Of a stretch of 64,000 bases of DNA, positions 35,373 through 48,000 are shown in pieces. This stretch comes from Marsupella aquatica. Lineage: Eukaryota > Plantae > Marchantiophyta. Position 1 is the first letter of the stretch. Each line of letters starts with the position of its first letter. A program made the translations under genes and the position numbers. Location of the stretch: positions 15,899,974 to 15,963,973 of the forward strand of contig OZ316899.1 in NCBI GenBank assembly GCA_973895155.1, in the 5' to 3' direction. The notes under the pieces are model-generated. The model was not told where the DNA came from. It ran no database searches and saw only the letters and a program-made list of their open reading frames with translations.

Positions 35373-36220
35373 GTGGGGACGTAAGTCGGAGAGGCTCTCC
35401 GAGTTGACATGTAAAGTGGGGACGTAAGTCGGAGAGGCTCTCCGAGATGACATGTAAAGTGGGGACGTAAGTCGGAGAGGCTCTCCGAGTTGACATGTAA
35501 AGTGGGGACGTAAGTCGGAGAGGCTCTCCGAGTTGACATGTAAAGTGGGGACGCTAGTCGGAGAGGCTCTCCCAGTTGACATGTAAAGTGGGGACGTAAG
35601 TCGGAGAGGCTCTCCGAGATGACATGTCATGGAGGACCCATGTCAGAGCCTCTCCAAAATTGAATATTACACAAGATCAGACCTCGGAGAGGCTCTCCAA
35701 GATGACATATCAGGTTGGTGATAACTTTGGAGAGCCTCTTTGACAAATATTGGGCCTAATCCTTGCTACACACCTGAAGATGGCATCTCGGAGAGCCTCT
35801 CCAACATCCCTAAACCCTTCATACCTGCGCAAGATGGTATCTCGGAGAGCCTCTCCAACATGGGTCAAGGCTACATACCTCCGCAAGATGGCATCTTGGA
35901 GAGCCTCTCCAAGATGAAACTCGGTGAGATCCGGTGCAAGATCTAATCTCGGAGAGCCTCTCCAAGATGGGTCGAGGCCTCATACCTGCGCAAGATGGCA
36001 TGTCGGAGAGCCTCTCCAAGATGAAACTTGGTGAGATCTGGTGCAAGATCTAATCTCGGAGAGCCTCTCCAAGATGGGTCGAGGCCTCATACCTGCGCAA
36101 GATGGCATGTCAGAGAGCCTCTCCAAGATGAAACTTGGTGAGATCCGGTGCAAGATCTAATCTCGAAGAGCCTCTCTAACATGGGTCGAGGCTTCCAGAT
36201 GGCATCTGAGAGAGCCTAAT
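35373..36220. repeat. Intergenic palindrome arrays (six 43-bp units, then longer degenerate units)
   Basis: GTGGGGACGTAAGTCGGAGAGGCTCTCCGAGTTGACATGTAAA x6, then repeated TCGGAGAGCCTCTCCAAGATG units. Confidence 0.9.
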
Positions 36221-36409
36221 GGACATCCTAAACTTGCTGTCAAAGGTTCTTGGATGTTGGTCCAATAAACTTAGTCACTGTCAATAACAGTTTTCACGCT
36301 CACAAGGGTACGTTGTCAAGAAGGATTCTTACATATTCAACGAGGGAAGAATATTGTAACAATTTTTACGCTCAGTCTGGGCGATAAGGTACTCTGACAA
36401 AACAATCTT

Positions 36410-39400
36410 TGTTGTGGGATAAATGAGACAAAGAGTTGGTTCCATCTTTACTCTTGGTAGGATATGTACATGTGGCTACGGCCTAAGTAGTTAGGGTAGT
36501 TACATAGGTAGTTATCCCAAAGGTAGACTTAACTCAGGTATGAGTTACAACACTCCCCCTTTGTAACATTGGGGTTTAAATGTTACAATCAAGAGTCTAC
36601 TTTGGGCATACTCAGTGGTATACAATAGGTTTTTTTTATGTCTAGCCTATTTTATAAATGGTGTAGCCATCTCAAGTTTATTATAAATGAATGTAAAGCT
36701 TCTCCTAATAGATGTCTTATAATTCATGTTGCATGGTAAAGTATAAGTGGGGGATGTAACCTCATTAAAACCTCCCCTACTTTCTTTGTGGGAGGAAAGA
36801 GTATTACCATCCCCATGGGTGTAACATAATTGGGTTTAAGCATATAGTGTATGTGTAATTTCTACAAAGTCTCTTAAGGTGTTTGTCAACACTATAGGCA
36901 TGTTGAAGATCCTCCTTGGTTGGTGTTAGCAAAGTTGATGCTGTTTTGTGTCTTTCGTCTCTTCCCGGTCAGGCAATGAAGATTCCTCAATGGTCATAGA
37001 TTACATGCAAGGAAAAAACAAGGTATTAGTTCATAATGAAGATGATATGGTTGATTGAAATCCGTTGGCCTTGGAATCGTTTGGAGTGTCCAATCCTAGG
37101 TCTCATATATCATAGGGATTTCCTATCAAGGTATAGCGTACCATCTTTCATGGTGCCTTACCAAGTCATACCTCACCTGATAGTACCTTGTAATGTGATA
37201 CCATACTTCATATGATCATATGATACCTTATTATGGAATGATGTGGGGTCTTTGATATTTCCAATTTAAGTCGTCATGACATGTCATCCAATATTGGTGA
37301 TTTAATGCATTTTTCATAATTTGGCCATATGCTTCTAACTCATGGAATGTAGTTCCATTTTTTTTAAATATTGATTGTTGTGAAAAGCACTTGTGCGGTA
37401 GGCACATCCCATGGGTTAAATTTCTGGGAGGCAAGTCTTGCTTGAGGTCTCCCCCTCAATTTGTCAAATATTTTTCCTTTCTGGCTGGCTGTGCAGTAGG
37501 CACCCATTTGCTTCCATGTGCAGTAGGCACAGGGCTTTTATGTGTAGTAGGCACCCCTGGGAAAAATATCTCCCCCTGAATTTATGAAATTAATTGGTGG
37601 AAGTAATCATCATTTGTCGCCATGTAGGTTCTGTAGTTCAGCTTCTTTCTTTATGTCCTTACTTCATGCTTTGTTGTTTGGTTTTTCTTTCCTTTTGAAG
37701 AGAAAGTCTCTTTGTTCTTTAGTTCTCCATTCCTTAGTGTAAAATGGTCTTCTTAGAAGAAAAGGTGGAGGACTTTCCTTTGGTTTGATGGCTTCTCTTT
37801 GTTTGCCTCCTTTGCCCGGCGTCTCGTCTTTAGCTTGTACCACGATCTCCATCTGCACTGGACGTCCTTCTCTCTCCTGGCGTTCCTCACGTTCTCTCTT
37901 TGCTTTTTCGGGTTTGTGCTTCCTTCAATGTTCTTGGATTTATCCTCCTTGGTTTTGGTGCTTATTGTTTCTCTCCTCTGTCTCGCATTCTTTCCTTCAA
38001 AGTTTTCAGTTTCTCCCTTCGCGTTCGATCATGGACTATCTTTATATGTTCGCGATGCTGCCTGCCTTGCTCACGATCTGCGTTCGATTTTTGTAGTGTC
38101 TTCTCTCCTCCTATCTTTTCAATTGGGAATTAGGCGTATGGGTGTTCCTTATGAATCAATCTTCCGTATGAGGTCGCCTTCACGGACTGGAATTAGGAGG
38201 TCTGATGACTCGTTCCAAAACGCAGATCTCCATGAACTTACAAAATACAACAGTATTATATACTTCAAATGTGGAACTCGTGCAGACGCGTCAGTATAAC
38301 CATGTATCATCTCGGTAAACGCCCAGTGTGCCTCACTTGGCCCCCGAAACCAAAACATTTTGCGCCTGTTAATTTAAGTCTCTGATGTTGTCGCCACAAA
38401 CTATTTGATCTCAGACTCGATAGCTTGTGGAATGACACCGTAAGGTGTTTTTGGAAGGTCTTCAGGATCGAAGCACCTTGGCAGCATTTTATTTTATTTT
38501 GCTTCGGATCCGATCGAGCACTTCGAAATATGAATCATTGGCAGGATGACAGGAAGACGCTGAAAACTGTCCTGGAGGACATCGACAAGGTGCCGTCCCG
38601 TAGCGGCGACAGAGAACTCAATTTTGGAGTACCGAATGCTGAAGCCATTCAAGGTGCAGAGCCGACAAGATTTACCGCTGAATTGGGCCTCGAGTTTGAA
38701 GATCTCACGTACACTGTCGTCAAGCAGGAGAAGATCGATGGAAAATGGGAGTCCTATCCCATCGACCTTCTGCAAGGGATTTTGGGAAAGGCTATCAGAG
38801 GCCAATTGACAGGAATCATGGGACCGAGCGGTGCTGGCAAGTCCACCTTCCTGGATGCTCTGGCCGGCCGCATTGAGCAACGGAGTCTGGGCGAGACAGT
38901 GCGGCTGGATGGGCAGCAGGTGACCGGCAGCTATATCAAGCGCAATAGCGCGTACGTGATGCAGGAAGACCTTCTCTTCCCCTTTCTAACAGTTACTGAG
39001 ACCTTCATGTTCGCTGCTGAGATGCGCCTCCCCACGAAGCTTTTGCACTCCGAGAAAGCTGACCATGTCCAGGCTCTAATCACGCAGCTTGGTCTTGAGG
39101 TAAATTACATGTCAATCTTTCTCTAGCATACAGCTTTGAAATCACAACTAGTACGATTTGAGCCATTACTGCTCCTGTATCTATCGTTTGAACCATTCTC
39201 ATTCTGTGGGAGAAATGAGACAAAGAGTTGTAACAGCAGCATCGCGTTCCTCCATGGCGGAATCTCGATCAGCGTAAGCTACGTCACGTAGCAGAAGAGC
39301 AACGTCTCTCTCCTCATATGCAACTATTCTCTCCGTGATAGCCAAATTTTGCTCCAAGATAGCTGCATCCCATGCGGCTATCATTGGCTATCGAGCGAGG

Positions 39401-39886
39401 CCTGTCCCTATGAGGTCGCGATGTCCTAATCGAATTCTTCTTTCTGCTTTTTGATCGTCTTCTCTCTATTGTTGTCGTCTTGCTCTTCTTATCCTTTTCA
39501 CCCTGGGGGAATGTTGCTTCTCAGGATCGGTCCTCTTGTGTGATGATATCGATTTGCGTTTCTATTCTTGCTGTCCTTATCGATTCCTCTCGAATGCCTT
39601 ATGAATTTCTATGTCCAATTTTCTAAAAAGTGCTCTCTTGTTCGATCTCTCTTCTTCTTCTCTTCCCGAGCGTTTTCAGATTTTAATCGCCATAGCCTGT
39701 TCTCTTCTCTCCGCTCCGCTGGTGAGACAAAGTGCTGATAACGTGTTGTGGGATAAATGAGACAAAGAGTTGGTTCCATCTTTACTCTTGGTAGGATATG
39801 TACATGTGGCTACGGCCTAAGTAGTTAGGGTAGTTACATAGGTAGTTATCCCAAAGGTAGACTTAACTCAGGTATGAGTTACAACA
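36410..39886 (-). mobile_element. Non-autonomous Ty1/copia-type LTR retrotransposon (Bianca-like PBS), recent insertion
   Basis: Two 143-bp TG..CA LTRs (36410-36552, 39744-39886) that look identical. TSD ATCTT; minus-strand PBS CGTTATCAGCAC; PPT AGGGGGAG. No recognisable pol. Confidence 0.92.
38530..39099 (+). pseudogene. Captured ABCG half-transporter 5' exon (STR/STR2-like nucleotide-binding domain)
   Basis: GLEFEDLTYTVVKQEKIDGKW, Walker A GPSGAGKSTFLDALAGRI, Q-loop AYVMQEDLLFPFLTVTETFMFAAEMRLP. Ends at donor GAG|GTAAAT before the ABC signature motif. Confidence 0.88.
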
Positions 39887-40390
39887 ATCTTGACATATTC
39901 AACAAAGAAAGAAGCGAGTCTAACAATTTTTACGCTCTGTCTAGGCGGTAAGGTACTCTGACAAAACAATCTTGACATTCAACAAAGAAGAAGCTAGTGT
40001 AACAGGCTTTACGCTCGGTCTGGGCGATACGGTACTCTGACAAAACAATCTTCACATATTCAACAAAGAAAGAAGCGAGTGTAACAGTTTTTACGCTCTA
40101 TCTGGGTGGTAAGGTACTCTGACAAAACAATCATAACATATTCAGAAAGAAAGAAGCGACTCTAACAGTTTTTACGCTTTGTCTGGGCGATAAGGTACTC
40201 TAACAAAGTCATAAGAATCAATAACAGTTTTCAAATACTGTTTGCTGATTAAGTTACGCTCTTGAGAAACAAAGAGGAATTGAGCAAGCCAGAAAGGCAA
40301 TAACATCCCTTACATGAACGAGGCATCTCTCGGTACATGCCACTTGAACTCTCTTGGTGCTCAACATTAGTCTTTCTTCAAGTGGTTATC

Positions 40391-43300
40391 ATGGCTGGCC
40401 GTGTGAGGATCACGTTTCCAGACAATGGAGACGTTGTTGTGCTAGCGACTGATGGTGTTGTTCAGCATACACCAGACAACGAATTAGCTCGTCGGTTCGA
40501 TGTTGAGATTGGGGAGTGGGCACTCTTTGAGGCCGGCGATGTCTTACCATTGATTGAGGCAGACTCAGAGGAGAGTGGAGAGGAAAGGATATGGCATCTG
40601 AAAAGTGAAGTTTCATACGTCCTTCAGTAGAGGGTGTACTCTGTTCCTCTTACTGAAGTTGGTTTGCAATCTCAAACTCGAGAGATTTCAGAGTGGCCGG
40701 CAAAGGTAGAGCAAGCCGAATTTCTTGAAAGTGTTGTTGCTGCAATGCTGAAAGGGAAAGGCACTTCGCGATGTGTAAAGGCTGCCCATTCCATTCTCAG
40801 AGTGCATTATCCACAACGAGTCATGACTCTGCCGGAATGGTATGATGGGGATTGCATTTTTGAGCTCCCCCCATTCACAGGAATGTACACAAAGGGTGCC
40901 TTCTTCTTGGGTATGGAGCGGAGAAATGACTGCTACTTGTGGAGCAAGCTCATCGAGACAGGGGCCCAAATTGGACCCAACCTGAACAAGGGAGGCTTCA
41001 AGTATAAGATTGGGAATGTGAGATGCCTGGGCTCTTTGCAATGTCCACATTCAGATTGTCCGGCTTTTACAAGTAAGAATGAGCGCAATTGCACAGAATG
41101 GCAACGAGATAGGGGTGGGAGAAATGAGGTTCCATTTCCTGTTGGGCGACTAGTTCCAGCAGAGAGTGTGATTTGCGCCTTTTGTGATCGGCCTCCTAAG
41201 TGTATAGCCAAGTGTCTAGCCGAAATGTTCTACATAACTCCGACCTCTCATGACCATTACATTTACAAGCACATGACACGTGTTGCTATGCATGTTGGGA
41301 GTCACTCACATCCGGCCAAATTTGTTCTCAAGAAAGATCAAAAAGCTTTCTTACATAAGTTGATGGAGGAGAAATTGAAGAAGAATCCTCATGCAATGCC
41401 GTCTGTGATCAAGAGTGACACAATTAAAGCTCTAAGGGATATTTTTGATGACAAGGTTGCTGGGATTGTCACATTTGAGGAAGCACGGGATCTGAATGAA
41501 ACATTAGCGATCCTATCAGATCGATCAGTTGTAAGATCTATGATACAGAGCATACGCAAGTATACCCATGCCTCATCCGACCTCCAAGTCATCCTTGATC
41601 TTCAAAAAGAAACAGTGTTTTCATTTGTCCAGAGCACTCTATTTCCAAACCAGAAGCTAGATACAGATGAGCGCCCACACATTTTCAAGATGACTGTAAA
41701 GGGTCCAGGGTCTGGAATCGATCTCATTCGAAGGATGCAGCCTGGTGGAGATCTACAAGACTCATGGGTGATGTTTGATGTCATGCATCGGATGACTGAG
41801 AAGCAATGGTGCACAATGTCAGCTCATGTATACGACCACCTATACAGAGGTCTCTGCACAATTTTTGTATGCGAGCTAGTTTCGGAAGATACTGCTGCAC
41901 TACAAACTGCATGGAAGGTCATGAAGCAAGTGTGTAAGGCAAATGGGCTTGACAATGTTATGTTTTGTGGGTTCATTGCCGATAATGCTGCAGCTGGGTG
42001 GAATGCAGTTCGAAACACATTCTGGGATGGAAGAGTTAATTCTCAAAAGGAGCGATCTGATGCATTTCACTGGGCGCAATCAATGGAGAAGATGACAAAG
42101 AAATGCATTCTTCCAGGCAAAGCAGTTGAGCATAAGGAGCTTCTGGATTCATTGAGGGACGCTGCCAATGTGGTTCTTGCATTTCGGACTTTTGAGAAGA
42201 TGAAGGATTGGTGGAAAAATGGGAATGCAATCAAAGGAAAAACCAAGTCACTGGAGACATGGCTTTCGTGGTGGATTGTGCGGTTCTCCCAGTGGGGAAA
42301 CTTTATTCGGCTGGTAAGTCTATGAATTCTTAGTAATATTCTATCTCGGAGAGCCTCTCCGAGATGGAACATATGGGTAATCTCCGAGATGGAAGACGTG
42401 GGTCATCTTTGTCGAGGCTCTCCAAGATGGAAGAGGTGGGTCATCTCGGAGAGGCTCTCCCAGATGAAAAAGGTGGGTCATCTCGGAGAGCCTCTCCCAG
42501 ATGAAATAAATGGGCGACTTGGAAGACATGTTAGAGAGCCAACTTTTGTTTTGTAACACGGTTCATCTTAGAGAGGCTCTCCAAGATGAAACACTGGTCA
42601 TCTTGGAGAGCCTCTCCAGGATGGACCCCGTTGGACATGTTGCAGATGTACAAGATGACCCATGTACATTTTTTGGTAATACTCTTTTCTTTGATTTTTG
42701 TGTAGGACATGGACAGAACTAAGTCTGCATTGATGCTGAACCATAGCGGGGCAGAATCCGTGCATGCCACGATGCGCCGATGGTCTTCCACAACAAAGAT
42801 TGGGATAGTGCAATCTTGTATAACGGTTGCAACCCGTGCATCAAATCAAATTGGTGCCCTTGTGAACTACACGACCCACGGGAGGAAGGGCCGTGGCCCA
42901 AGCCTCTTTGAACTTCGTCTCCGAGATGCCAGGATGGTTGGGAATGTTAAGAGTTTCTTCCCAAAGTTAAATACGGTGATGACTCAACCGGAGATGGTTG
43001 AATATGCTTCGGGGGACCCAATTCCTGGTGACTATGAAACTCAACGAATGCCGGCGCAAGGCAAGGTTCCAGCTGATGCTATTGCAGTAGAAGACTCCCA
43101 TCGCGATGATGTCATTCTAGTAACGCGACCTAAAAAGCGGAAGTTCAAGGGGATTTCAAGCCAAGATGCAAACTTGAAAAGTACCATTCCTGACGTGGTC
43201 GACTTGTCAACCTCGTCAGACTCTCCTACAGGCTCTGGTGGATCAGATGTGGTGATTTTGGAGAGCCCAGTACAGCGTGCGACAAGACGTGTCCCTCCAC

Positions 43301-44337
43301 CATCAACCCCAAGGAGGTCAACTCGAGTGCCTCCTCCGCCCCCAACAAGGGCAATACGTGTTCCACCTCCTCCAACCCCAACAAGGTCAATACCAAGGTC
43401 ACCCCCTGTTTGTCCACCAACGCGGTTTGCTGAACCTTTGCATAATAGAGGCCAACAAAGACAAGTTCAGGAGAGCAATGTGATGCCAGGAATGTTGTTT
43501 TTGTCTCGCATCAGTCGCCATGGAAGTGGTCCCGCTTGTAGAGGTGCCTTCAAAGGCACAGAACGTCCAGCATGCGGTCTATACATCAAGGAGGTGGGGT
43601 TTCGTCATGCAACGTTGGGTGTGGTAGGATTGTGCTTATTGGCTGGGAGCAGTTACAAGGATCCAAACATTCCACAAAAGTTTTGGTTTTGCCCAAACAA
43701 CAAGTGTTGCCAGAAATCCTCCATGGCATATGTTACTGGGCGGCTGCCCCCACTACCGGAGAAGGTCCCAGTTGCTCGAGGAACCTATCTAACACAAGAT
43801 AAAGTTGATTTTCTCCATCTGAATGAATTGAATGTGGTACAGACCATCATTCCTGGTGATTCAATGGTGAGTCCTGGCGATGTAATTGTGGACTTGAATA
43901 GTTACCCTGAGCAGTTGGATCCATTGAAGCCTGATGTCAGGCTGAGCCGGCGCAATGGCCGCTTACGGCAAAGGAGATTGGTTGTGACGGCAGATGCAAA
44001 GAAACATATTGAGAGTGCCAAATCCGAGTTGATGAGGTTCACTTCCATGACTCGAATTGAAAAAGGGAATGCAATTGGCTTACGAGTGGTACTTTCCAAC
44101 ACTCATCATGACCGCAATTCAGCCCATTGTGTACAGATATGTGTGTTCCCAACTTGCTCTTGTCAAGATTTTATCATGAGAGATACTGGAAGATACTTCT
44201 TTCCTTGCAAACACTTGTATTGGTGCTATAAAAACATTTGTGGACGAGATCTAGAGAGCGACCAAGAGATCCACCAGCCAATCTTGACACTTAGCGAGGT
44301 TCGTAAATTGGTGTCAAATGTAGCAGGCTCAGGGTGA
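40391..44337 (+). pseudogene. MULE-type transposase: GCM/WRKY-like Zn domain, DDE core, Cys-rich domain, C-terminal SWIM; one premature stop
   Basis: Exons 40391-42313 and 42706-44337 (CTG|GTAAG ... TAG|GAC, in frame). TAG at 40628. Motifs CLGSLQC...HVGSHSHP; MFDVMH, IADNAA, DAFHW, AESVHA; SWIM CSCQDF...PCKHL. Confidence 0.85.
42340..42625. repeat. Palindrome copies within the transposase intron
   Basis: About 7 variably degenerate TCTCGGAGAG(C/G)CTCTCC copies. Confidence 0.85.
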
Positions 44338-44424
44338 ATGCATGTCAAAGATGTTTCGGGTTTAGTGGGTAGAACGATACACTTTTGTATCCTTTCATAA
44401 TAATAAATATTCAAGATTTCAAAT

Positions 44425-45070
44425 GATGTTGATCCCATCTCGGAGAGGCTCTCCGAGATTCCAACCCAGTGTTGATCCCATCTCGGAGAGGCTCTCCGAG
44501 ATTCCAAGTGACGTTGATCCCATCTCGGAGAGGCTCTTCGAGATTCCAAGTGACGTTGATCCCATCTCGGAGAGGCTCTCCGAGATTCCAAAACCAGTGT
44601 TGATCCCATCTCGGAGAGGCTCTCCGAGATTCCAAAACCAGTGTTGATCCCATCTCGGAGAGGCTCTCCGAGATTCCAAAACCAGTGTTGATCCCATCTC
44701 GGAGAGGCTCTCCGAGATTCCAAGTGACGTTGATCCCATCTCGGAGAGGCTCTCCGAGATTCCAAGTGACGTTGATCCCATCTCGGAGAGGCTCTCTGAG
44801 ATTCCAAGTGATGTTGATCCCATCTCGGAGACGCTCTCCGAGATTTAAACCCAGTGTTTTTGGCAATCTCGGAGAGGCTCTCCAAGATTCAAACCCAGTG
44901 TTGATCCCATCTCGGAGAGGCTCTCCGAGATTGCAACAATTGTTGGAGACTTTGGTGACCAATCTCGGAGAGGCCTCCGAGATTGACACAAAATAGGACA
45001 TCAATCTCGGAGATGCCTCCGAGATTGATTAAAAAAAAGGGGTCAATCTCAGAGAGGTCTCCGAGATTGT
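44425..45070. repeat. Right subterminal palindrome array
   Basis: About 15 units of 42-45 bp, GTTGATCCCATCTCGGAGAGGCTCTCCGAGATTCCAA. Confidence 0.95.
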
Positions 45071-48000
45071 CCAAAAAAATGTCGGTGACTGATATCAGTC
45101 ACTAATAACTGATGAGATTGCTCCTCTCACTCGTATTGATCCTTGGTAGCATTGAACTCCAGTTGTTTCAGTAATTGAAATGAATGTTTCCTTTCCCATG
45201 AGTAATTATCTAAATTTGATTGAGAAGTTATCAATTTGACAATCTAGAAATCCTTGTGTGAGAAGATACCAATTCAAGCATTCTAGTACCGTCACCACTT
45301 GTTGACCAGAAAGAATTCTTGGTTTGATAACTATATCTCCATATCAATTTCTAGTTAATGTTTGATGTCTATTCTAATTCGACCATGTTATGAGCTTTGT
45401 TGCATTCTGAATCTTAAAAATCCAGAATCCTGTTGATCTACTGGGGATCATAATTTTTCATCATCTCTTCTCATGAGTCAATTGATAAGACATTCTTACT
45501 AGTACTTTTCCATGTCTTTCTTTAATTATTAGTTTTTATGCATTGAGTACTGTCAATCCTCTGGAGAGAGAACTCCCTGGCGAGGTTATGCCGAATCAAC
45601 ATCTTATTTGTTCTTTTCAATACCAATTTTCTTTTCATTAACTCTTACAGGGAACGAATTCAGGTCTTTAGAAGTTAAAGTGTTTTTTAACCATCTGACC
45701 ACTCTACTACAATACTAGTAGCAAAGTTCTGTCTATCTTGATCAATGCTACCTTGTGGTGCGTTTCCCAACACCTCTAACCCCAAGAACCATCCGCAACC
45801 GGCTATGAACCACTACTTATGGTCGGCTTATGGTGGTTTGGCTACTATTCGGCTTGGAAACGCGGTCTACTCTTTGATCCACACTATGCTAGACCAATTC
45901 TTTCACTGGGCTTGTGAATTGTGTATTGCTGAGACGCCTAATTCCTCAATTGACTTTGTCGGGTATGTTTGTATTTTGCCCCCGGAATGTACCCCTACGG
46001 CTTAATCTCTTAAGCCGCCTGAAGGTTTTTCTCAAACCGACTCAACCCACACTTTAACCAACAAAACACTCTCAATCCTCACTTTTCTCTCAGAGTTTGG
46101 TTTGGCAGTCTCAATCAAGACAATGCAATTGTATTAGCTCATAGTATCACTCTAACTGACTCAAATCGATCAAGCAACAAATATCATAACACACAACACC
46201 ATGATTGGCAAGAATCTGCAAACTAAGCAAACAAGGCCAACTCAATTCAAACAATTGCACAGAAATCCATGGGAACTTGTGTTTTACTGATAATCCGCGG
46301 TCTAGATTTAGCCGAGAGCTTCCTATGTAGTAATACTGATACACTAGAGTCTTGACTAGAAAAAAGCCCCTCGAGCCACTCTGCCCAGGTTTTTATCCTT
46401 GCAGTGCATCCAGGGGAATCAGCGGAAATCAAAACCACAAATCACGGCCTTCCACCGTGATAAACCTGCTAATTAACTATCACCAAACACAACTTGACTA
46501 ACCTGGAATCTTGCGGGAACCGAACACCTAATACTACCTAAGCCGACAGGGCACTACTTGCCCTGTCCCATCCTACAATGGTCGCGCCCTTCTGGCCCAA
46601 GCCCTTCTCCTTCCGCCACATCCTCCTTCCAACCGACGACTGGCCCTCCTTAATTGTTAGATGACCGGGGGTAAGCCCGAATCTTCCGACTCTACACCTC
46701 CTCTTGCAATCGGCTCCGGCTTGATCCCTTTGGCTTCCCCGGCTTTGGGTCCTGGTTTAACGGCCTTGGCATCGGCAGCATCCTCCTGGGAAACGGCTTG
46801 GATAGCGTTGGCCTTCACTTCCTCCATCCAAGCCTGCTCTCCAATACGTTTTGTCTTGATCTTCCATGGCTTCACATTCCGGTAGTCCATGGTGGCGGTA
46901 CCTGTGTCTGAACCTGTTAGCGTAGCTCCAAGTTCATTGGCATTACTTATCTCAACTACGGCTGCCTTTGTAGCAATAGTCCCACAAATGTGAGCGGCCA
47001 TACTTTCTACCTCTTCTGGAGTGGCCTTGAGGGGTACCCCATAAGTACCTGCTGGCCCTATGAATGTCTTGGCCAGATCTGCAACCAACTGCATTGCCTT
47101 ACCCTCAATTACCCTTGACAATATTGATGTCAGTTTTGGCATGTCAGTATTCCCGGTTGTACAAATGGCGTCCTCATGCTTCTCCTGCATGGCCTCCAGC
47201 CGGTCGAGGAGCTTGTCATACTTCCTTTGGGCTTCAGCCAAGGCCTTCTCGCTCTGGGTGGCCTGGTCCTTAGCCGTCTTTCTGAGTCTCTCGACTTGCC
47301 AATTTAGATCCTGTACCTCCTCCTTTGAATCGGCTAACTCCAGCTGTACCTTTGTCAATTTTTCCTTGAGCTGCTGGTTGTCCAATTAGTAATTTTCCAA
47401 TTGGTTATTCGCCACCTCCAATTCCTGCTGCTTAGCCAAGAGATCCTTTTGAGCTTGTTGATCAACCTTTGTCTTAGCAACTTTGGCTTCCATGTAGCGA
47501 AGCCGAGCAAAGCCGAGCAAAGCCGAGCAAAGCCGAGCAAAGCCGAGCAAAGCCGAGCAATTACTTCTTCTTTTTTTAATTGCTCCAACGTCATAGCCTC
47601 CTCCAGCCTTGTTTGGTCAGCCATTTCCTTTCTAAGAAATGGTCCCGATTCTAACTCATTGCCAAAGATTTCTAAGGCTAGCAGTCCACACATGTCTCCA
47701 TACTCCCTAGCCCGGTCCCTCGCATAATTTGACCTGCCAGGTGATACTGGCATCTGCCAACGAGGCCGTTTCTCCCAAGCTTCTGCCCATAATTGATCAA
47801 AGTCAATGAGAGGCTTGGCCTGCTTCTCACTAACCCGTTTGATTTCCTCCGGCCAATCACCACCTGGTAGCTGTCGGTCTTGTATGTCATTTTGGACCTT
47901 CCACTTGGCGAGTTTCTCCTTTAGACCTGCCTCGGCCTCCTTCATCTGGTCAAATTCCAATGGTGTCACATCCGGTGGCGGAGACTTTGGAATTTTCTAA

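Larger units (their letters stand above)
36280..40230. repeat. ~82-bp tandem repeat upstream of the transposase, split by the LTR insertion (36280-36409 and 39892-40230)
   Basis: Recurrent TTTTACGCTC..TCTGGGCGATAAGGTACTCTGACAAAACAATC on both sides of the insertion. Confidence 0.8.
27504..45128 (+). mobile_element. Mutator-like DNA transposon (17.6 kb including a nested LTR element) with three genes and palindrome arrays
   Basis: Imperfect ~45-bp TIRs (GGGGGGGAGGTAATCCATCAGTTATCAGTCACTGATATCAGTCACC vs GGTGACTGATATCAGTCACTAATAACTGATGAGATTGCTCCTCTC). 8-bp TSD ACTCGTAT at 27496-27503 and 45129-45136. DDE+SWIM transposase. Confidence 0.88.

Noticed and set aside
38425-39126. Functional ABC transporter gene
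   Set aside because: Only a partial nucleotide-binding domain; no signature motif, Walker B or transmembrane exons; lies inside an LTR element.
44425-45070. CRISPR-like regularly spaced palindromic repeats (also 27565-28120, 30100-30900, 35373-35630)
   Set aside because: Spacers are themselves repeated, there are no cas genes, the context is eukaryotic, and the arrays lie inside a TIR transposon.
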